NCBI GenBank assembly: GCA_951406725.2
Contig: OX597817.1
Location: 25,544,001 to 25,608,000 of the forward strand
Origin: Octopus vulgaris
Taxonomy: Eukaryota
Length of the DNA: 64,000 nt
Reading direction: 5' to 3'
Below, piece after piece: positions 25,694 to 39,313 of this stretch. Within the stretch, counting starts at the first letter, position 1, and the number at the start of each line of letters is the position of its first letter. A program made the translations under genes and the position numbers. The notes under the pieces were generated by a model. It had not been told where the DNA came from. It worked only from the letters and a program-made list of their open reading frames with translations, and ran no database searches.

Positions 25694-25950
25694 TTAATCT
25701 AATACAAGAACTTAACAGCTACAGAACCTATTACAAGTGAAGCCTTTTCCAACAGGTTGTTATACTACTAATATTTCTCTATCGACTAACTTTATATACC
25801 AGTTGCCTTAGGATTATCAAGGCAGTGGTTGCTTCATTGCATTCTTTAAAAGAAATCAGTACCACAAGGACCAATAGAATCTTATAGTCTTCATTTGGAA
25901 CACATTTATTCAGTTGATTTAAAATGTTAGGCATGGTTACTCTAAACAGA

Positions 25951-26632
25951 TTTTTATGGAAAATTGACAAACCATGAAATATGTATTGATTATCCATTTA
26001 AGTTAAGTTAAGTTAATTATTTGGCTCAAAAAGCAAAAAGCAAGGCCATGTAGGGGGACATGGAGTTATGTACAGGGTGGTGTTCATGCAAAGAGTTCAG
26101 GCCATTTGTGGTCAAGGGAGACTTTGAACCGAGCGGTCGTTGGCATCTTCACTATCTCGTCCGGCAGCTTATTCCACGGATCTGCAACCCGGACGGAGAA
26201 AGCCCCTCTCTATTCTCTAGAAAAACGACGACGCCGTGGTGATCTCATTCTTGCTCACAACATCATAAGCGGAAAGTGTAACCTCTCAAAAGAGCTGTTC
26301 TTCACTCCTGCTCCAGAGCGTCGGCTGCGGGGTCACTCTGAAAAGCTCTATCTGTGACGATTTCATCTCAATCAAAGGAGAGGGGCTTTCTCCGTCCGGG
26401 TTGCAGATCCGTGGAATAAGCTGCCAGACGAGATAGTGAAGATGCTGACAACCGCTCGGTTCAAAGTCTCGCTTGACCACAAATGGCCTGAACTCTTTGC
26501 ATGAACACCACCCTGTACATAACTCCATGTCCCCCTACATGGCCTTGCTTTTTGCTCTTTGAGCCAAATAATTAACTTAACTTAAATGGATAATCAATAC
26601 ATATTTCATGGTTTGTCAATTTTCCATAAAAA
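25951..26632. repeat. Large palindrome (arms 25951-26210 and 26378-26632) built from a CR1-like LINE 3' end plus flank
   Basis: Arms are reverse complements with a few substitutions; 167-bp spacer. Confidence 0.9.
26208..26585 (+). mobile_element. 5'-truncated CR1-clade LINE 3' end with (AACTT)n tail
   Basis: LYSLEKRRRRGDLI...RGHSEKL...R.AFSVRV..PWNKLP.EIV...FKVSLD matches the CR1 ORF2 C-terminal signature. Confidence 0.8.
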
Positions 26633-26736
26633 AATTTTCTCTTTGTCTCCAGAGTGATATTATCTACTCTAACCAATGTGTCACTCAAATTTCATTGTTA
26701 ACAAATCATTAATAAATGCAAATTTTATTTTAATGT

Positions 26737-27063
26737 TTCGTTTTGGGATTTGGTTTGCAAGATTCTTTATATGAGTTCGTGTGTTGAAGCATATTCTGTT
26801 GTGTCTGAGGAGAGTCATTTTCTTTTTGTGCCTTATAATGTAACACACTCACTGGTAAAATTTCCACTTATTTCTTATTTTTATTTTCCTAAAATTTTCG
26901 TTGCATCTTGCAACCTTTTCAATAGTCAAGAATATTTAAAAGGTTGCAAGATGCAACGAAAATTTTAGGAAAATAAATATAAGAAATAAGTGGAAATTTT
27001 ACCAGTGAGTGTGTTACATTGTAAGGCACAAAAAGAAAATGACTCTCCCCAGACACAACAGAA
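26737..27063. mobile_element. Element with terminal fold-back (arms 26793-26919 / 26938-27064) and 12-bp TSD; Penelope-like architecture
   Basis: TTATTTTAATGT at 26725-26736 and 27064-27075; 127-bp inverted arms with an 18-bp loop. Confidence 0.7.
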
Positions 27064-27784
27064 TTATTTTAATGTATTTGTAATGTCAATTTGAGTAACT
27101 GCATCTAAAGAGTACCATAAATGGTGCATCTTAATTAAAGTTCTTTTAGTGTCACGCAGGTTAGAGAGGATTACGTAGGTTTGGAAGAAAAGAGAGAAAC
27201 TAAATAATCATTTTACAGAAACTGAGAAAAATTGGATAATAGGAATTGATTATCACTCAGCTTAAACGTGCCTAAAATTTTAGATCACCTAAAGGTAAAG
27301 TTTTGCATGACAAAGAAATTATATTGAATCCCTTCATACTGACTTCTGCCAAAGAAAGGAAAGAGTAAAGGAAAAGATATTGCTAACTGCTTAAGGCTTG
27401 CTAATTCTTCATCAATTCACTTCATTGTTTATTATGGGAATGCATGTAAAACAATTCAATAGGGAAGTATAATCAGAAAATCTACTCTAACAGCCTAATT
27501 AGATTGTATATGGTAGAGTTCATTATTTAGTCTATTCATTTCTGATGAATAAACTACAAATTTCAGTGAGGTAATGTTAAGGAATCTGCTAAGTTGATCT
27601 GGAGCATAGCCTCAGTAACAAACAAGTTGCCAAACAAATTCAGGAATTTGTTGTTACTGGACTTATAGAAAATAATGTTCAATAGAGAGTAGACATGGAA
27701 CCATAGGCACCAGCATTACTGCATCATTTTTTGAGACCATGCTGTAGTTTGTTTAGTAGATGGAAACTGAAAAAAAACTCATCA

Positions 27785-28205
27785 TAGGCGCAGGAGTGGC
27801 TGTGGGGTAAGTAGCTTGCTAACCAACCACATGGTTCCGGGTTCAGTCCCACTGTGTGGCACCTTGGGCAAGTGTCTTCTGCTATAGCCCTGGGCCGACC
27901 AAAGCCTTGTGAGTGGATTTTGTAGACGGAAACTGAAAGAAGCCCATCGTATATATGTATATATATATGTGTGTGCATGTATCTTTGTGTGTCTGTGTTT
28001 GTCCCCCTAGCATTGCTTGACAACCGATGCTGGTGTGTTTACATCCCCGTTACTTAGCGGTTCGGCAAAAGAGACCGATAGAAAAGAGACCGATAGAATA
28101 AAGGCTTACGAAAGAATAAGTCCCAAGGTCGAGTTGCTCGATTAAAGGCGGTGCTCCAGCATGGCTGCAGTCAAATGACTGAAACAAGTAATAGAGTAAA
28201 AGAGT
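27785..28205 (+). mobile_element. SINE family A, full length
   Basis: Match to consensus. Confidence 0.9.
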
Positions 28206-28615
28206 ATATATACATGTGTATGTACATGTATTTTTTTATGGCTTGATGCCCTTCCTAATGCCAACCACTCTGAGAGTGTAATGGATGTCATTTGTGTAAC
28301 ACCAGTATCTGCCACAACTGCAATTTTACTTGGCTTAATGGGTCTTCTTCTCAAGCATGCCATAATGTCAAAGGTCTTGGTCATTCGTCAATATCTCCAT
28401 GAAGCCCAACATTTGAAAGGTGCTTTTCACATGCCACCGACATTGGTCACTTTGCTTCCATGAGGTCCAACACTCAAAGGTGCCTTTTACGTGCCACAAG
28501 TATGGGTGCCAATTACATGACACCTGCATCGGGCATAACTATGATTCCACTTGGCTTGAAGGGTCTTCTCAAGCACTGCATATCAACAAAGGTCTTGGTC
28601 ACCAGTCATTGCCTC

Positions 28616-28652
<37 letters not shown>

Positions 28653-28656
<4 letters not shown>

Positions 28657-29048
28657 CGCAGGAGTGGCTGTGTGGTAAGTAGCTTGCCTACCAACCACAT
28701 GCTTCTGAGTTCAGTCCCACTGCGTGGCATCTTGGGCAAGTGTCTTCTGCTATAGCCTCGAGCTGACCAATGCCTTTTGAGTGGATTTGGTAGACGGAAA
28801 CTGAAAGAAGCCTGTCATATATATGTATATATATGTATGTATGTGTATGTATATGTTTGTGTGTTTGTCCCTCTAGCATTGCTTGACAACCGATGCTGGT
28901 GTGTTTACATCCCCGTCACTTAGTGGTTCAGCAAAAGAGACTGGGCTTACAAAGAATAAGTCCCGGGGTTGATTTGCTCGACTAAAGGCGGTGCTCCAGC
29001 ATGGCCACAGTCAAATGACTAAAACAAGTAAAAGAGTAAAAGAGTAAA
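28653..29048 (+). mobile_element. SINE family A, full length
   Basis: Match to consensus. Confidence 0.9.
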
Positions 29049-29059
29049 TATATATATAT

Positions 29060-29423
29060 ATATAGTTGAAATTTACAGTAAAACAAAGTACGAAGACAGG
29101 TGTATAAAACAACAAACAGGTATATTATTTAATGCTCGGGAATGTGAGAAAGTCTTTTACATTTCCAGCTAATGTTCTTTAACAGAAAGGAGCACGAGAA
29201 AATAAACAGAGAATAAGATAACATATATATATATATAGGTAACTTAATACAGATTGATTTTCGTAATTTCTTTCTCTTTTGCCTGCGTCATTTGTTTTTT
29301 AAGTGCTTTGGTTTTACTGGGATCTCCCTTTTAAGTAGAAAGAATAGCCAAAACTTTTTGACTGCTACTTCTAAATTCGGTGTGTGGTGAGGCAAATCGT
29401 TGCTGAACCCTTAATTAATTAGT
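29060..29423. mobile_element. Two PLE-like fragments separated by (TA)n: 29060-29224 (minus, degenerate hammerhead) and 29237-29423 (related to the 9281 family)
   Basis: TTTGACTGCTA.TTCTAAATTCGGTGTGTGGT.AGGCAA.TCGTTGCT.AACCCTTAATT is shared with 9407-9467; the first piece is related to 30640-30780. Confidence 0.6.
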
Positions 29424-29449
29424 ATATATATATATATATATATATAATA

Positions 29450-30101
29450 TGTTGTGAATTTATGGAAAGGAATCCCATAAAACTCAACAATTCACTAAAA
29501 AATGGAGAAATTGTTAAAATATGTAAGAGAATTTTGATTTGTGCAGACGATCGTTTTGTACAGAGATATAAATATTATACAAATTCATGATTGAATTGAA
29601 CTCAATTAAATTAATTAAATTAATTATATATCGCTGTACTTTTCAGTGCAAAAGTATAAACAAAATTTTTATAAAGAACTTGAGAAAAGAAAAAGCAGAA
29701 TAGAATCTAAGAGATTTATATTTATCCTTATGAGATAAAGAGATATGAGTCCAGTTAGATATTTACTATGTACTTAATTATTATATTTGATACCTAATTG
29801 GACTCACATCTTTTTTTCTCATAGGGATAAATATGAATCTCCTAGATTCTATTCTGCTATTTCCTTTTTCAAGTCCTTTGTAAAAATTTTGTTTATACTT
29901 TTGCACTGAAGAGAACATTGATATATAATTAATTTATTTAATTTAATTGAGTTCAATTCAATCAGGAATTTGTAATATTTTTATATCTCTGTATGAAAAG
30001 ATCATCTGCATGAATTAAAATTCTCTTACATATTTTAACAACTTCGGCATTTTTAACTAAATTGTTGAGTTTTATGGGATTTTTTCCATGAATTCACAAC
30101 A
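29450..30101. repeat. Old ~650-bp imperfect palindrome inside a (TA)-flanked element (29447-30250)
   Basis: TGTTGTGAATTTATGGAAA...GAGTCCAGTTAG pairs with CTAATTGGACTC...TTTCCATGAATTCACAACA, with many substitutions. Confidence 0.85.
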
Positions 30102-30245
30102 CATCATATACAAGTATTATTTTCATAGTCGTAAATTTATACCTGTAAACTACCAGCAAAATATGAAGAATCAATATTAGAAATCTTATTTTTGGGAAAC
30201 CTCCAAATTAAAGGACGAATCTAAATTCAACCTTTTTACACCTAT

Positions 30246-30295
<50 letters not shown>

Positions 30296-30782
30296 GGGAA
30301 TGTTACCTATGGTTGGTTCATAAGGTTAACCAGGGTTTCATGTCCATAAAGTGCGTAGCTTTACAGGTTTCGTCAGGCACTAATGGCCGGGGGCCTATAA
30401 CCGCTCTTCAAATTGAAAGGAGGAAAGGTCCTGCGGCTAGTTTTCAAACACACAAAAAGAAAGGTCAAGTCCAAGGCATATCTATATATCTATATATATA
30501 TATATATATAAATATATTATTTTTATACTTTCTAAACTTTCCTGTATATCTCCCCTACTTCTTCGCTCTCCTGTGTGACCCTTCTCTCTGGCACTCGCCA
30601 TGATGAATCAGTAGCCACTACACATATCTTTTTTTGTCTCCTTGCATTTTTTTTCTCTGTGTCCCTTTCTGTAGAAGAGCGTAGGCTTGAAATGTAAAAG
30701 ACTTTTTCTGAGCGTTATACTAATACATCTGTTTGTTTTCTACACCACCCGTCTTCGTCTTTTTTTTTTCGTGAACTCTCCA

Positions 30783-30823
<41 letters not shown>

Positions 30824-31116
30824 TATGTGTATAAATGTCTGTACACATGCGCATTAATATATGTGTTTAGATTTGCACATCTATGAAAATTGTTGAGTTA
30901 CAAACAAAAATGTTGCTGTCATTTTCCCTATCAACAAATAGCTTGCTTGCATTTTGCCTTTGAAGACATGTGAAATAAGAGCTCCTTTATTTGAAAAACA
31001 GACAAGGGCCGGTGACAGGGAGGACATCCTACTGAGAAACAATGCTTGGATATCATATGTCTAATCCATGTTAATGTGTGAAAATGGACGTAAATACAGG
31101 CTGAAAAGAACAAAAT

Positions 31117-31350
31117 AAGGCGGCGAGCTGGCAGAAACGTTAGCACGCCGGGAGAAATGCTTAGCAGAATTACGTCCGCTGTTACATTCTGAGTTCAAAT
31201 TCTGCCGAGGCCGACTTTGCCTTTCATGCATTCGGGGTCAATAAATTAAGTACCAGTTTTGCACAGGGGTCGATGTAATCGACTTAATCCCTTTCTCTGT
31301 CCTTGTTTGTCCCCTCTATGTTTAGCCCCTTGTGGGCAATAAAGAAATAC
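31117..31350 (+). mobile_element. SINE family B
   Basis: AAGGCGGCGAGCTGGCAGAAACGTTAGC head, GAGTTCAAATTC B-box, Meta-like core, CCCCTTGTGGG..AAAGAAATA tail. Confidence 0.85.
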
Positions 31351-32202
31351 GAAATAAGAAATGGACAAAATAGTCATTATTGTTTTCATATATGTACTAA
31401 GAAAAAAAAAAAAAAATACAAAATAATGCACAAATGAAATAGTAGTACGTCTGAATATTTCTCAGGATATGTGCAAGCATACTAAAGTCTGTAACTTACA
31501 GAGATCTGTAGATATGTATATATATGTGTTATAATTCTGAATTCATCACTAGATATTCTATACTGCTCTAGCTTGAGATATTAGTATTACAGAATCAAAT
31601 GGTAATATATCTCAGTTTAAGATATTAAATTCCAGATATCAAGTATTATCAGCAGAAATTGAGATGGTTTTATCACAGCTTGAAATATCATCTCGGAGCT
31701 AGGGAAAATATTAGTTTTAGATTATATTTATTATGTATATAATATATATGAGGATATTATCTGAATTTTAAATGCAAGAATAACTTTTCTTCTGTTTTAT
31801 AACCAGATAACTAGTTGTTTCTGCTTTCTTTAAAAGCCATCATGCTATTTTGTTTCATTCTTAGTTTTCTATTATAAATCTATTCATACATAGGATATGT
31901 CTTGTTACTTGGCTGGATCTTTTGTTATTGACAACTCAAGGAATGAAAGGAACACCTGATCTTGGTGGGGTTCATTAATTTATATTTACTTATCTAATTG
32001 GTAAATATTAGTGTTATCAGAAACAGGCTTCCAATGTTCTATTACTGGTTCATAACAGTCTGAAATAGCAAGATCAGCAAGGGTGTATTTGTAACATGGT
32101 GCTGAACACATATCATGGACTTTGTTCAAAGAACATTTGTTTTCCTTTGACATTTCCAAATGTTACGATAAACAGATAAACATTTGTGCACGATATACCC
32201 AT

Positions 32203-32234
<32 letters not shown>

Positions 32235-32265
32235 AAATACCTGTTTTCTCTTTCTTTCTCTCTTC

Positions 32266-32323
<58 letters not shown>

Positions 32324-33191
32324 CGTCTAAATATAATTTGTAGTCCTCCGACATTTTAAAGTATGCTGGCCACTGGTTTAAATTAATATTATTTAATATT
32401 AATTTCTACTCTCATTATTTAATTATATATATATATGATTACACACACACACATGCATGCATGCACATGCACACACACACACACATGCATGCATGCACAT
32501 GCACACACACACACACACACATACACACAAATACATATGTACATACATACATGCATGCATGCATATATATGTACATACATACATACATACATACATCTTT
32601 AGAACTGCAACAAGATACTTCCAAAACTGGAATAATCATATAGTATGCAAAGATCTGAAGCACCACCAAAGATACAATTAGCAAACAGGCTGTGCATAAT
32701 TCCAGTACCATTTGAGAAACAAGCAAGTTAGAACTTGGTGCTGTGTACTTAGTACAAGTAATGAACATATAGAAAAGTGAAAAAGGTTTTTATGAGAGTG
32801 ACTGAAAACCAAGACTTTATGTGTAATAAATGTATATGAGTGGGTAACAAATTATTTAGATAGTTCAGCATTGATGGTAGACAGTTAAATTTAGATTCAA
32901 AGCCTAGAGATGGTGGAAATTCAGTTGCCAGATTTAAACAGTGAAATTTAATTAAATATTGATGCCACATTTTTGCACAATGCCAACAATTTAAAGGAAG
33001 ATTATAATTCAATTACATCAACCCAGTGTTTAACTGGTATTTATTTTATTGACTCTGAATGAATGAAAGACAAAGTGAACCTTAGAAAAAATTTGAACTC
33101 AGAATGTAAAGACAAAATGCCACTAAACATTTTACCTGGCATGCTAAAATCTCTACCTGCTCACCACCTTTTAAATAATGTTTGGTGAAAT

Positions 33192-33276
33192 AGTTACGGG
33201 GATGTAAACACACCAGCATCGGTTGTCAAGCGATGTTGGGGGGGACAAACACAGACACACAAGCATATACACACAC

Positions 33277-33315
<39 letters not shown>

Positions 33316-33620
33316 TATATATGATGGGCTTCTTTAGTTCAGTTTCTGTCGTCTACCAAATCCATCACAAGACTTTGGTCGGCCCGAGGCTATAGTAGAA
33401 GACACTTGCCCAAGGTGCCACGCAGTGGGACTGAACCCAGAACGATGTGGTTCATTTGCAAGCTACTTACCACACAGCCACTCCTTAGTGGTTCAGCAAA
33501 AGAGGCCGATAGAATAAGTACTAGGCTTACAAAGAATAAGTCCTGAGGTCGATTTGCTCGACTAAAGGTGCACCAGCATGGCCACAGTCAAATGACTGAA
33601 ACAAATAAAAGAATAAAAAG
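33192..33620. mobile_element. SINE family A with inverted 5' portion
   Basis: 33192-33484 is head-to-middle on the minus strand; 33484-33620 is the remaining 3' part on the plus strand. Confidence 0.85.
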
Positions 33621-34118
33621 AGACTAATACAGGGAGCTTCTGTGCACTCACTCAGTTTGACAGAAATAATAGCCACTTGACTCTCACTCTCATCTTACCT
33701 CTTGAAACACTAACAGAATGTTCTACAATGTAACACGTGATATGCAGATTGAGAAGGAAGCTTGTATAATCATAGCCGGAATTTTTTTAATTTTTGTTTT
33801 TGGTATCATGCTTGCTTGATCAGAAATGGCTAGAGGGCAAACAACAATCACAAATAATTTGGGAGTATAAAAGTCTGAGATAAGTCAAGAGTAAGATCAT
33901 AATTTTCCAAACTGTTAACTAGAGATTTCAAGAGTCTATTAACATCAATAATATCTTCCTTACTTTTCTATTACTTTGATCTTGAACCATCATCAAATGA
34001 CTTATTCTTGAAATGTAAATTGTCTAGAGTGGATTCATATTTTATAAATTAATTCATATTTGATTCATTGCATTCCTTTTCATTGCAAAAACAAAATCAA
34101 CATTAAACACAATTCTTA

Positions 34119-34503
34119 TCTCTCTATATATAAACGGCAGTTTGTCTGTGCGTGTTTCTGTGTGTCTGTTTGCTTGTACCCTCACCCTGACCACGGCTTT
34201 CAACCGATTCTGATGAAACTTGACACACACATAGCCCAATGTCATAATTCAAAACTAACGCAGCGAAAATTTTGAAAAGTTCCCCCAGTTCTGAAAAGAA
34301 TCGATAAATTCCACATAGGGTCGAGAATCAGAAACATGAACCACAAACTGTCTAGGGGACGCAACTCCACCTTTTTTAAATCTCAAAAAAAAATTTACCA
34401 TAATTTTTTTCCATTTTTTTGCTATTTTTTGGCTATAACTCTCTAAAAATGCTTTATAGTTATTTCCCTTACAAACCTGAGCAACGCCGGGCGATACTGC
34501 TAG
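34119..34503 (+). mobile_element. Non-autonomous Helitron-like element
   Basis: A|TC start, (TG)-type microsatellite near the 5' end, subterminal GC hairpin CCTGAGCAACGCCGGG and CTAG|T end, no TSD. Confidence 0.8.
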
Positions 34504-35324
34504 TACCTTATATTTTGTAAATTAAAAGCTTTTTTTCTATATGTAAAAATTTTCATTAACTGGACATTTAGGGTTGTGGTTATGCAATGCCGATGAGATT
34601 TAGTAGACTGAAACATGTTCGTAGTTGTTCCTTGCCTTCAAATGTCAGACTTTTTCCTGAGTAAATAAATTAACTTGGAGTAATTATTTCTCAATTCCCT
34701 GGAATTAGCTCTCTTTTTCTTTGAAATTCTCTAACAAGTGTTGCCAGTTGTTGTTTCTTTTTACCAACTAATAGGGGAAATTTCAATTAAGACACTCTGT
34801 GTGCTTAGCATTTAGTACATCACCTATAACATTATTTGTCTTGCAAACAACTTGCACATGCAAGTGCTACCAGTCAAAAACTCCGCATACCAGAAGCCAG
34901 CAAGTGTATGGGGTCATCAGGAGAGAATGTGCACCGTTTCGGAGCCTACCTCTTGATGGCATCAATATGTACCAGCCCCCATTCACTGATATGAGGCCCC
35001 GCTTGCTAGATCAACTGGTTATCAAATAAAGCTCAATATTCTTCTAGCCATCGCTCATCATCTCTTTTTAACCTAACCCAGTGGCTAGCCTCCTCCACTG
35101 TAGTTTGGATATCGGTCATGGTGGTATTGACTTTACGATGAGTTAGGCCTAACGATAACAAACAGTCGTCTTCACACAAAATGACTGTAAAGCTATTTTG
35201 TGGAGATAAATAATAGAGTTAAAATAAAGAAGTAAATTATTATTATTTGAGAAATCCAAATGGCATGTGCTCTGCAGAGTTAGTAGTAACAGAGCTCTCC
35301 ATATACAAATGCATATGTGCACAT

Positions 35325-35735
35325 GTGGCTGTGTGGTAAGTAGCTTGCTAACCAATCACATGGTTCCGGGTTCAGTCCCACTGCGTGGCATCTTGGGCAA
35401 GTGTCTTCTGCTATAGCCCCAGGCCGACCAATGCCTTGTGAGTGGATTTGGTAGACGGAAACTGGAAGAAGCCTGTCGTATATATGTATATATATATATA
35501 TAAGAGTGTGTGTATATGTTTGTGTGTCTGTGTTTGTCCCCCTAGCATTGCTTGACAACCGATGCTGGTGTGTTTACGTCCCTGTCACTTAGCGGTTCGG
35601 CAAAAGAGACCGATAGAATAAGTACTGGGCTTATAAAGAATAAGTCCCAGGGTCGATTTGCTCGACTAAAAGGCGGTGCTCCAGCATGGCCGCAGTCAAA
35701 TGACTGAAACAATGAAAGAGTAAAAGAGTAAAGAG
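35325..35735 (+). mobile_element. SINE family A
   Basis: Match to consensus. Confidence 0.9.
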
Positions 35736-35960
35736 TGTGCCTGTGTGTGTGATATGTGTATGTGTGTTTGTATGTATATATAATTGTGAATGCCTATGTA
35801 TTATCATTGTTTTAACATTCACTTTTCCATATGTACATGGATTGGACAAAGTTAATCGAGGCTGATTTTCTAGTCAAATACCTTCCTGTTTCCAACACTC
35901 AGCTGATTCTAAGCAAGGTAATATTTCCCCATAGCTCTCTTTACTCTTTACTCTTTTACT

Positions 35961-36308
35961 TATATAGTTGAAATTTACAGTAAAACAAAGTACGAAGACA
36001 GGTGTATAAAACAACAAACTGGTATATTAGTTTAATGCTCGGGAAGGTGAGAAAGACTTTTACATTTCCAGCCAATGCTCTTTAACAGAAAGGAGCACGA
36101 GAAAATAAACAGAAAATAAGATAACATATATATATATATATAATATGTTGTGAATTTGTGGAAAGGAATCCCATAAAACTCAACAATTCACTAAAAAATG
36201 GAGAAGTTGTTAAAATATGTAAGAGAATTTTGATTTGTGCAGACGATCGTTTTGTACAGAGATATAAAAATAATACAAATTCATGATTGAATTGAACTCA
36301 ATTAAATT
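35961..36308 (+). repeat. Local duplicate of 29058-29236 plus 29436-29612, inserted in a SINE tail
   Basis: Near-identical sequence, flanked on both sides by TACTCTTTTACT. Confidence 0.85.
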
Positions 36309-36524
36309 ACTCTTTTACTCTTTTACTTGTTTTAGTCATTTGACTGTGGCCATGCTGGAGCACCGCCTTTAGTCGATCAAATCGACCCCGGGACTTATTC
36401 TTTGTAAGCCCAGTACTTATTCTATCGGTCTCTTTAGCCGAACTGCTAAGTGACGGGGACGTAAACACACCAGCATCAGTTGTCAAGCAATGCTAGGGGG
36501 ACAAACACAGACACACAAACACAT

Positions 36525-36567
<43 letters not shown>

Positions 36568-36734
36568 TACGACAGGCTTCTTTCAGTTTCCATCTACCAA
36601 ATCCACTCACAAGGCATTGGTCGGCCCGAGGCTATAGTAGAAGACACTTGCCCAAGATGAAACGCAGTGGGACTGAACCCGGAACCATGTGGTTGGTTAG
36701 CAAGCTACTTACCACACAGCCACTCCTGTGCCTA
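36308..36734 (-). mobile_element. SINE family A, full length
   Basis: Match to consensus. Confidence 0.9.
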
Positions 36735-37432
36735 TGTGTTTTCATGGCTGGATGTGTTTTCATAGGAAATTGGAAACAAATAATACTATCAAGACAACCA
36801 CCCACTCTGCACACACATGCAAGCACACACACGTACACGTACACACACACACACACACGTACACATGTTTATGAATCCCTCTAAATATCTGTCATTTTCT
36901 CTTTCTTAGCTACAATCACTGGCTGTGTGGTAAGAAGTTTGATCCCCAACCACATGTTCCTGCGTTCACTCACACTGAGTGTTTTCCGGTCAAGTGTATT
37001 CTTCTGTAGCCTTGGGCCTACCAAAACAACATGAATGAAAGAACACCATCTAATGACTGAAACAAGTAAAAGTTAAATGAACCTTGGGCAAGTGTCTTCT
37101 ACTATAGCCTCATGCCAAGCAAAGACTTGTGAGTTGATTTGGTGGAAGGAAACTGAAAGAAGCCTGTTGTATATGTGTGTATGTGTGTGTGCGTGTGTTT
37201 GTGCGTGTGTGTTTGTATGTTTGCGTTTGTTCCCCTACCATCACTTGACAACCAACGGTGACATGTCTACATACCTGTAACTTAGCAGTTCGGAAAAAGA
37301 GACAAATAGAATAAGTACAAGACTTGCAAAGAATAAGTCCTAGGGTCAGTTTGTTCGAGCAAAGGCAGTGCTCCAGCATGGCCTCAGTGAAATGACTGAA
37401 CTGAATAAAAGAAAGAATAAAAAAACTACATA

Positions 37433-37816
37433 TCTTTATATATAAAAGTGAGGTTGTGTGCTGTCTGTCTCCTACTATTTAGATTCCTAACTACTCCCAC
37501 ATTTTGCAGTGCAGTTTAACCAAAACCGGGTATCTTATAGTCGTGATTCATATCGAGCCCTTCTGGGTATTAGTGCGCGTCTACAATTTAAAAAAAAATT
37601 TACCATCACTTTTTCCCATTTTTAATGCATTTTTGGCATATATAAGGAAGTAACTCTCTAAAAATTTATTATTAAATCTCAGAACGTAAAAAGTTACAGT
37701 AACACCCCCCCTTTGTGGTTAGCCATATTGAGATGGCTATTATACTTTACATCTCTAAAAATGCTTATATAGTTATTTCCCTTACAAACCCGAGCAACGC
37801 CGGGCGATACTGCTAG
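37433..37816 (+). mobile_element. Non-autonomous Helitron-like element (same 3' end as 34119-34503); 5' fragment of a relative at 43305-43545
   Basis: A|TCTTTATATATAAAAG start; CCCGAGCAACGCCGGGCGATACTGCTAG|T end. Confidence 0.8.
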
Positions 37817-37825
37817 TATATATAA

Positions 37826-37864
<39 letters not shown>

Positions 37865-38924
37865 CACACACTCACACTTATATGTACATATATGCATACA
37901 TATATACATACATTTATACTTACATGCATACGTGCATATGATTTGAATCTCATCAGTATCTGTTGATTATTTTCCTTTTCAAATTTACCCCTGAACCTAT
38001 CTCCAATAACTGCTACTTCTAAAATATAATAGTTAAATACACAATATCATTTATTGTTTTAGATACCTGGTGGTAATATAAATTTCAGGAGTAAAATCCT
38101 CTGGAGGTTTGAATAGATGTTTGTCATGAAGCTAAAAGTATTAAATCTATTATGTCTGGTGGGGAGAGCTCTCAATACCCCCATTCCTCATAGTTTAGTT
38201 TTTTTTAAACTTTTGAACTACTGAAATAGTTTTTTCTCTGAAATTTGCTGACTTTTTCAAAAATTTATCACAAGACAGAAATTTATCACAAATGCTCACT
38301 CAGATAACTGATTTTGAAAAGAGTTTTCTCTGTTGCCATGGAAACAACAGAAGTTGAACAGATGGTATAACATGATGATATTTTTTCGATTTTTCTTGCT
38401 AAAAATTTGATTATACAGCTTTTGCTACTGAAACAAGCATCATTACCAATCTAATGTATGTGTTTTCAGTAGCATGACAACAATTGTTATGGTAACCACT
38501 TCATTTCCATGGCAACAATTCTCTAATAGAACAAATTTGGGTAAAATTGATGATGTCAGCAGATATATGCTGACATCAGCTAACATTTTTTATCTATCAA
38601 AGAACTGTATCTATACCAAGTTTCATTGTCATAGCATTAGTGGTTCAAGAGTAATTTCAAGCAATAAAAAGTAAAACAAAAATCAAAACATCTTTGGTTA
38701 AAGTGATGACGTCATCGGAAAACTGTTTACATCAGAAAAGTTTTCATTACAGAAAGATATTTGTCTACTAATGAAGTATATTCCTGTCAAGTTTTAGAAT
38801 CATAACATAAATAGTTCTTGAAAAAGTTTGGGAAATAAAAAGCTCAAATCATTTTTAATTGGGTATATTTTATGACATCACAAAAATGATGATATCAGCT
38901 GATATTTTTAAATATTTCTCTCCT

Positions 38925-39313
38925 TTCTCTTTTACTTGTTTCAGTCATTTGACTGTGGCTATGCTGGAGCACCGCCTTTAGTCGAGCAAATCGACCCCGG
39001 GACTTATTCTTTGTAAGCCCAGTACTTATTCTATCGGTTTTTTTTTTTGCCGAACCGCTAAGTTACAGGGACGTAAACACACCACCATCTGTTGTCAAGC
39101 GATGTTGGGGGGACAAGCACAGACACACAAATATACACACACACATACATATATATATGACGGGCTTCTTTCAGTTTCTGTCTACCAAACCCACTCACAA
39201 GGTTTTGGTTGGCCCGAGGCTATAGTAGAAGACACTTGCCCAAGCTGCCATGCAGTGGGATTGAACCCGGAACCATGTGGTTGGTAAGCAAGCTACTTGC
39301 CACACAGCCACTT
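38925..39313 (-). mobile_element. SINE family A
   Basis: Match to consensus. Confidence 0.9.
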
